Shown: in pieces, positions 60,293-62,572 of the stretch
How the letters are laid out: every line of letters begins with the position of its first letter
How positions within the stretch are numbered: position 1 is the stretch's first letter
Source: an uncultured virus (IMG/VR IMGVR_UViG_3300031555_005587)
Lineage: Duplodnaviria; Heunggongvirae; Uroviricota; Caudoviricetes
Strand: one strand, 5' to 3'
Length of the DNA: 62,572 nucleotides
Virus record (IMG/VR): IMGVR_UViG_3300031555_005587
Coordinates: 62,001-124,572 of that record
Notes under the pieces: model-generated
Told to the model about the DNA's origin: nothing
The model's input: the letters and a program-made list of their open reading frames with translations, nothing else
The model's database searches: none
Position numbers and translations under genes: made by a program

Positions 60293-60326
60293 ATAATGGA
60301 GAGGACTGATCAGTCCTCTCCATTAT
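60293..60326 (-). terminator. Terminator, perfect 34-bp palindrome
   Basis: ATAATGGAGAGGACTGA|TCAGTCCTCTCCATTAT. Confidence 0.8.
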
Positions 60327-60337
60327 CTTATTCAGAG

Positions 60338-61171
60338 TTAACGGATATTATCCATAACCATCTTCTTAGCATCCTCAACACTCTTTGTCAAAGCTCCAAG
60401 TTTCTTAAGAATTGCATCCCTTGCATCAGTTGTAGTTTCTCCACCAGCTGCTTCTGGTTCAGAGTCCATTTCAGCTACTTTATCTTTTACTGCTGAAGTG
60501 ACTGGGTTATCATCCGGAGGTGTATCATCACCAACAGGTTCTGCAGGAACTTCCCCTTCATCTTTAGGAGGTTCTTCAGCACTAGTATCACCAGCAGGAG
60601 CTGGTTCTTCTCCAATGCTAATAGCCTCGCTTAGTAAATCAAAGTTATTATTCTCTAATTTAGGTTCACTCTCTTTAGGAGGTTCTTCAGCACCAGAATC
60701 TTCATCTTCAATTGGTTGATCCAAGATATCGTCAGTATCAGAACTACCAATAGGAGCTCCAACTTGTTCAGGTTCTCCATTACCTGCATCACCGAAGCCA
60801 CTATCAATTTTCTGAGAAAGAATATCGTCGTCAGCAATTGCTTCTCCAGCATTTACAGGAGGAGTAGGTAATACATCTTTCTGAGTGTTTGTAGCAAGGT
60901 CTAATTCAATACCAAGAATATCATCAACACCTGCTTCAATAGGTTCACCAGTCTGTTTTCCAACAGGTTCTGGTAGATCATCGTTTCCAGGAACGACTGG
61001 ATTTTCTGGTTCATTCACAGGTTCTTCGTCTTTGATATCAGGATTTTCAATTTCTTCAGGTCCTTCATTTAAAATGATAGCATCATCAAGATCTTCATTT
61101 TCCAATAATAGATCAGCTGCTTCCTGATATACTTTCTGTTTTCCAATAAGCTCTTTAATCGTATTAAGCAT
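60338..61171 (-). CDS. Highly acidic scaffold-like head protein
   Basis: Start at ATG 61171 (AAAGGAG); D/E/P-rich and disordered; YQEA, LNEG, LSEA; helical C-terminus. Confidence 0.65.
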   Translation of the reverse strand: MLNTIKELIGKQKVYQEAADLLLENEDLDDAIILNEGPEEIENPDIKDEEPVNEPENPVVPGNDDLPEPVGKQTGEPIEAGVDDILGIELDLATNTQKDVLPTPPVNAGEAIADDDILSQKIDSGFGDAGNGEPEQVGAPIGSSDTDDILDQPIEDEDSGAEEPPKESEPKLENNNFDLLSEAISIGEEPAPAGDTSAEEPPKDEGEVPAEPVGDDTPPDDNPVTSAVKDKVAEMDSEPEAAGGETTTDARDAILKKLGALTKSVEDAKKMVMDNIR

Positions 61172-61316
61172 TATAACTGCTCCTTTCATTTTAAAATGTG
61201 ATTTTAGATTCATTGTATATATTCAGACACAAGGTTATTAGTAAGTCGTTATTATTTAATCCATTATTAATGTATATTTACTAAAATTTAATAAAAAATA
61301 AAAGGAGGTTAAGATT

Positions 61317-61430
61317 ATGATTAATCCTAGAGATATTGAAGGCAAATCCGATGAAGAATTAAAAGAACTCCTCGGAGAAGACTTTATGGACGAAGTGTCC
61401 AATAACAAAGGAGAGGAGGATGATGACTAA
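61317..61430 (+). CDS. 37-aa acidic peptide coupled to the endolysin
   Basis: AAAGGAGG RBS; MINPRDIEGKSDEELKELLGEDFMDEVSNNKGEEDDD; TAATG overlap. Confidence 0.65.
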   Translation: MINPRDIEGKSDEELKELLGEDFMDEVSNNKGEEDDD

Positions 61431-62572
61431 TGGCTGCTACACAGAAATTCTCAAATAGTGGTTTAATCTGCTATACAAAACTTAGTCCAAATCATTCTGG
61501 GCTCAGAACACATAATATCGAACAAATTGCAATTCATACGATGGCAGGAAACTGTAGTGTTGAAACTTGTGGAGAAATTTTTGCTCCAAAAAGTAGACAG
61601 GCTTCTTCCAACTACGGCATTGGATCAGATGGTAGAATTGCTATGTATGTAGAAGAAAAGAATAGAAGCTGGTGTACTTCTTCTTCTGCAGTAGATCAGA
61701 GAGCTATTACGATCGAAGTAGCTAGTAGTGTAAACAGATCTCCATGGCCATGTACAGATGCTGCTTATGAGTCATTGATTGATCTCTGTGTGGACATTTG
61801 TCAGCGTAATCCTCACATCAAGAAAATTATGTGGGTAGGGGATAAGAGTTTACTTAATAAAACTGATAAACAGAATCTTGTACCACACCGCTGGACAGCA
61901 AACAAGAGTTGTCCAGGAGATTGGTTATATGAGAGATTTGATGATATCAGAGACGAAGTTAATAAGAGATTATCTTCTAATGGATCAAATGTCAGCTCTA
62001 ATACAGCTACTGTTATTACAAAAGAATCCAATGAATCTTATATTTGGAACTTCTTAACAGAGAAAGGTTTAAATGCATATGCAGTTGCTGGTATTATGGG
62101 TAACTTGTTTGCTGAATCAGCTTTAATTCCTAATAACTTACAGAATACTTATGAAAAGAAATTAAGTTTAAGCGATTCTGAATATACTTCTAGAGTAGAT
62201 TCTGGTAAGTATACTAACTTTGTTAAAGATAGTGCAGGATATGGTTTAGCTCAGTGGACTTATTGGTCTAGAAAACAGGCTTTACTTAACTATGCGAAGA
62301 AAACTAAAAAATCAATTGGTGATCTTCAGATGCAGTGTGAATTCTTATGGACAGAAATGCAGGGTTATAAGAAAATGATGACTGTTCTCAAGAGTGCAAA
62401 ATCTGTTAGAGAAGCTTCTAATATTTTCTTGACTGAATTTGAAAGACCTGCAAACATGGGTATAGAAGTACAGAATAAGAGAACCTCTTATGGAGAAAAG
62501 TATTATAAAAATAATGCCAATACTTCTACAAGTAAACCAGCATCTTCTACTACAAGTGGTGCTAAAGTTCCT
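61430..62572 (+). CDS. Endolysin: amidase_2 + phage-tail-lysozyme-like domain (partial, runs off the right edge; absent from ORF track)
   Basis: IAIHTMAG, ASSNYGIGSDG, YVEEKNRSWC, ITIEVA, HRWTANKSCPG; then AVAGIMGNLFAES...GYGLAQWT...FERP. Confidence 0.9.
   Translation, partial: MAATQKFSNSGLICYTKLSPNHSGLRTHNIEQIAIHTMAGNCSVETCGEIFAPKSRQASSNYGIGSDGRIAMYVEEKNRSWCTSSSAVDQRAITIEVASSVNRSPWPCTDAAYESLIDLCVDICQRNPHIKKIMWVGDKSLLNKTDKQNLVPHRWTANKSCPGDWLYERFDDIRDEVNKRLSSNGSNVSSNTATVITKESNESYIWNFLTEKGLNAYAVAGIMGNLFAESALIPNNLQNTYEKKLSLSDSEYTSRVDSGKYTNFVKDSAGYGLAQWTYWSRKQALLNYAKKTKKSIGDLQMQCEFLWTEMQGYKKMMTVLKSAKSVREASNIFLTEFERPANMGIEVQNKRTSYGEKYYKNNANTSTSKPASSTTSGAKVP

Noticed and set aside
2124..62031. Numerous short ORF-track entries nested in or antisense to long genes (e.g. 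2124..2459, 8017..8373, 24719..25156, 38402..38845, 53207..53665, 61813..62031)
   Set aside because: They overlap well-supported genes, lack an RBS and have shadow-frame composition
1..62572. Stop-codon reassignment as the explanation for the interrupted genes
   Set aside because: TAA, TAG and TGA all end genes at sensible positions and coding density is high in code 11; the breaks are explained by introns, one frameshift and one palindrome
1..62572. tRNA genes, rRNA, CRISPR arrays, IS transposases, integrases
   Set aside because: None recognised; intergenic spaces are short and occupied by promoters and terminators

Overview
A 62.6 kb AT-rich, gene-dense segment of a jumbo myophage of the phiKZ/AR9-like type. 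It uses the standard genetic code. The strong SD motifs and the endolysin type suggest a Firmicutes, probably Clostridia, host (inference). Structural genes: major capsid protein (cut by the left edge and missed by the ORF track), portal, many acidic protease-processed head proteins, baseplate/tail/fibre genes and a GroEL-like chaperonin. Replication and nucleotide genes: a DnaB/gp41 helicase split by an HNH-carrying group I intron, an SF2 helicase with a class 3 mini-intein, a RusA-like resolvase, an SbcD-like nuclease, Tmk, ThyX and dCTP deaminase. Also present are a split RNA polymerase beta N-terminal subunit with an ORF-less group I intron and a two-domain endolysin (cut by the right edge). 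Most unusual observations: (1) a ~1.3 kb two-part cassette (papain-like domain, stop, RBS, start, helical domain) is present twice, each copy apparently splitting a different head-protein gene at a duplicated putative protease site, and one copy is flanked by exact 23-bp direct repeats; (2) a kinase-phosphatase-kinase module whose kinases carry head-protein-like leaders, one interrupted by a TAA at the centre of a 14-bp inverted repeat where inversion would restore the frame; (3) an endonuclease-methyltransferase fusion; (4) a candidate -1 frameshift; (5) an intron that appears to end in A rather than G; (6) several zero-spacer palindromes. All family assignments come from motif recognition by eye, not database searches.
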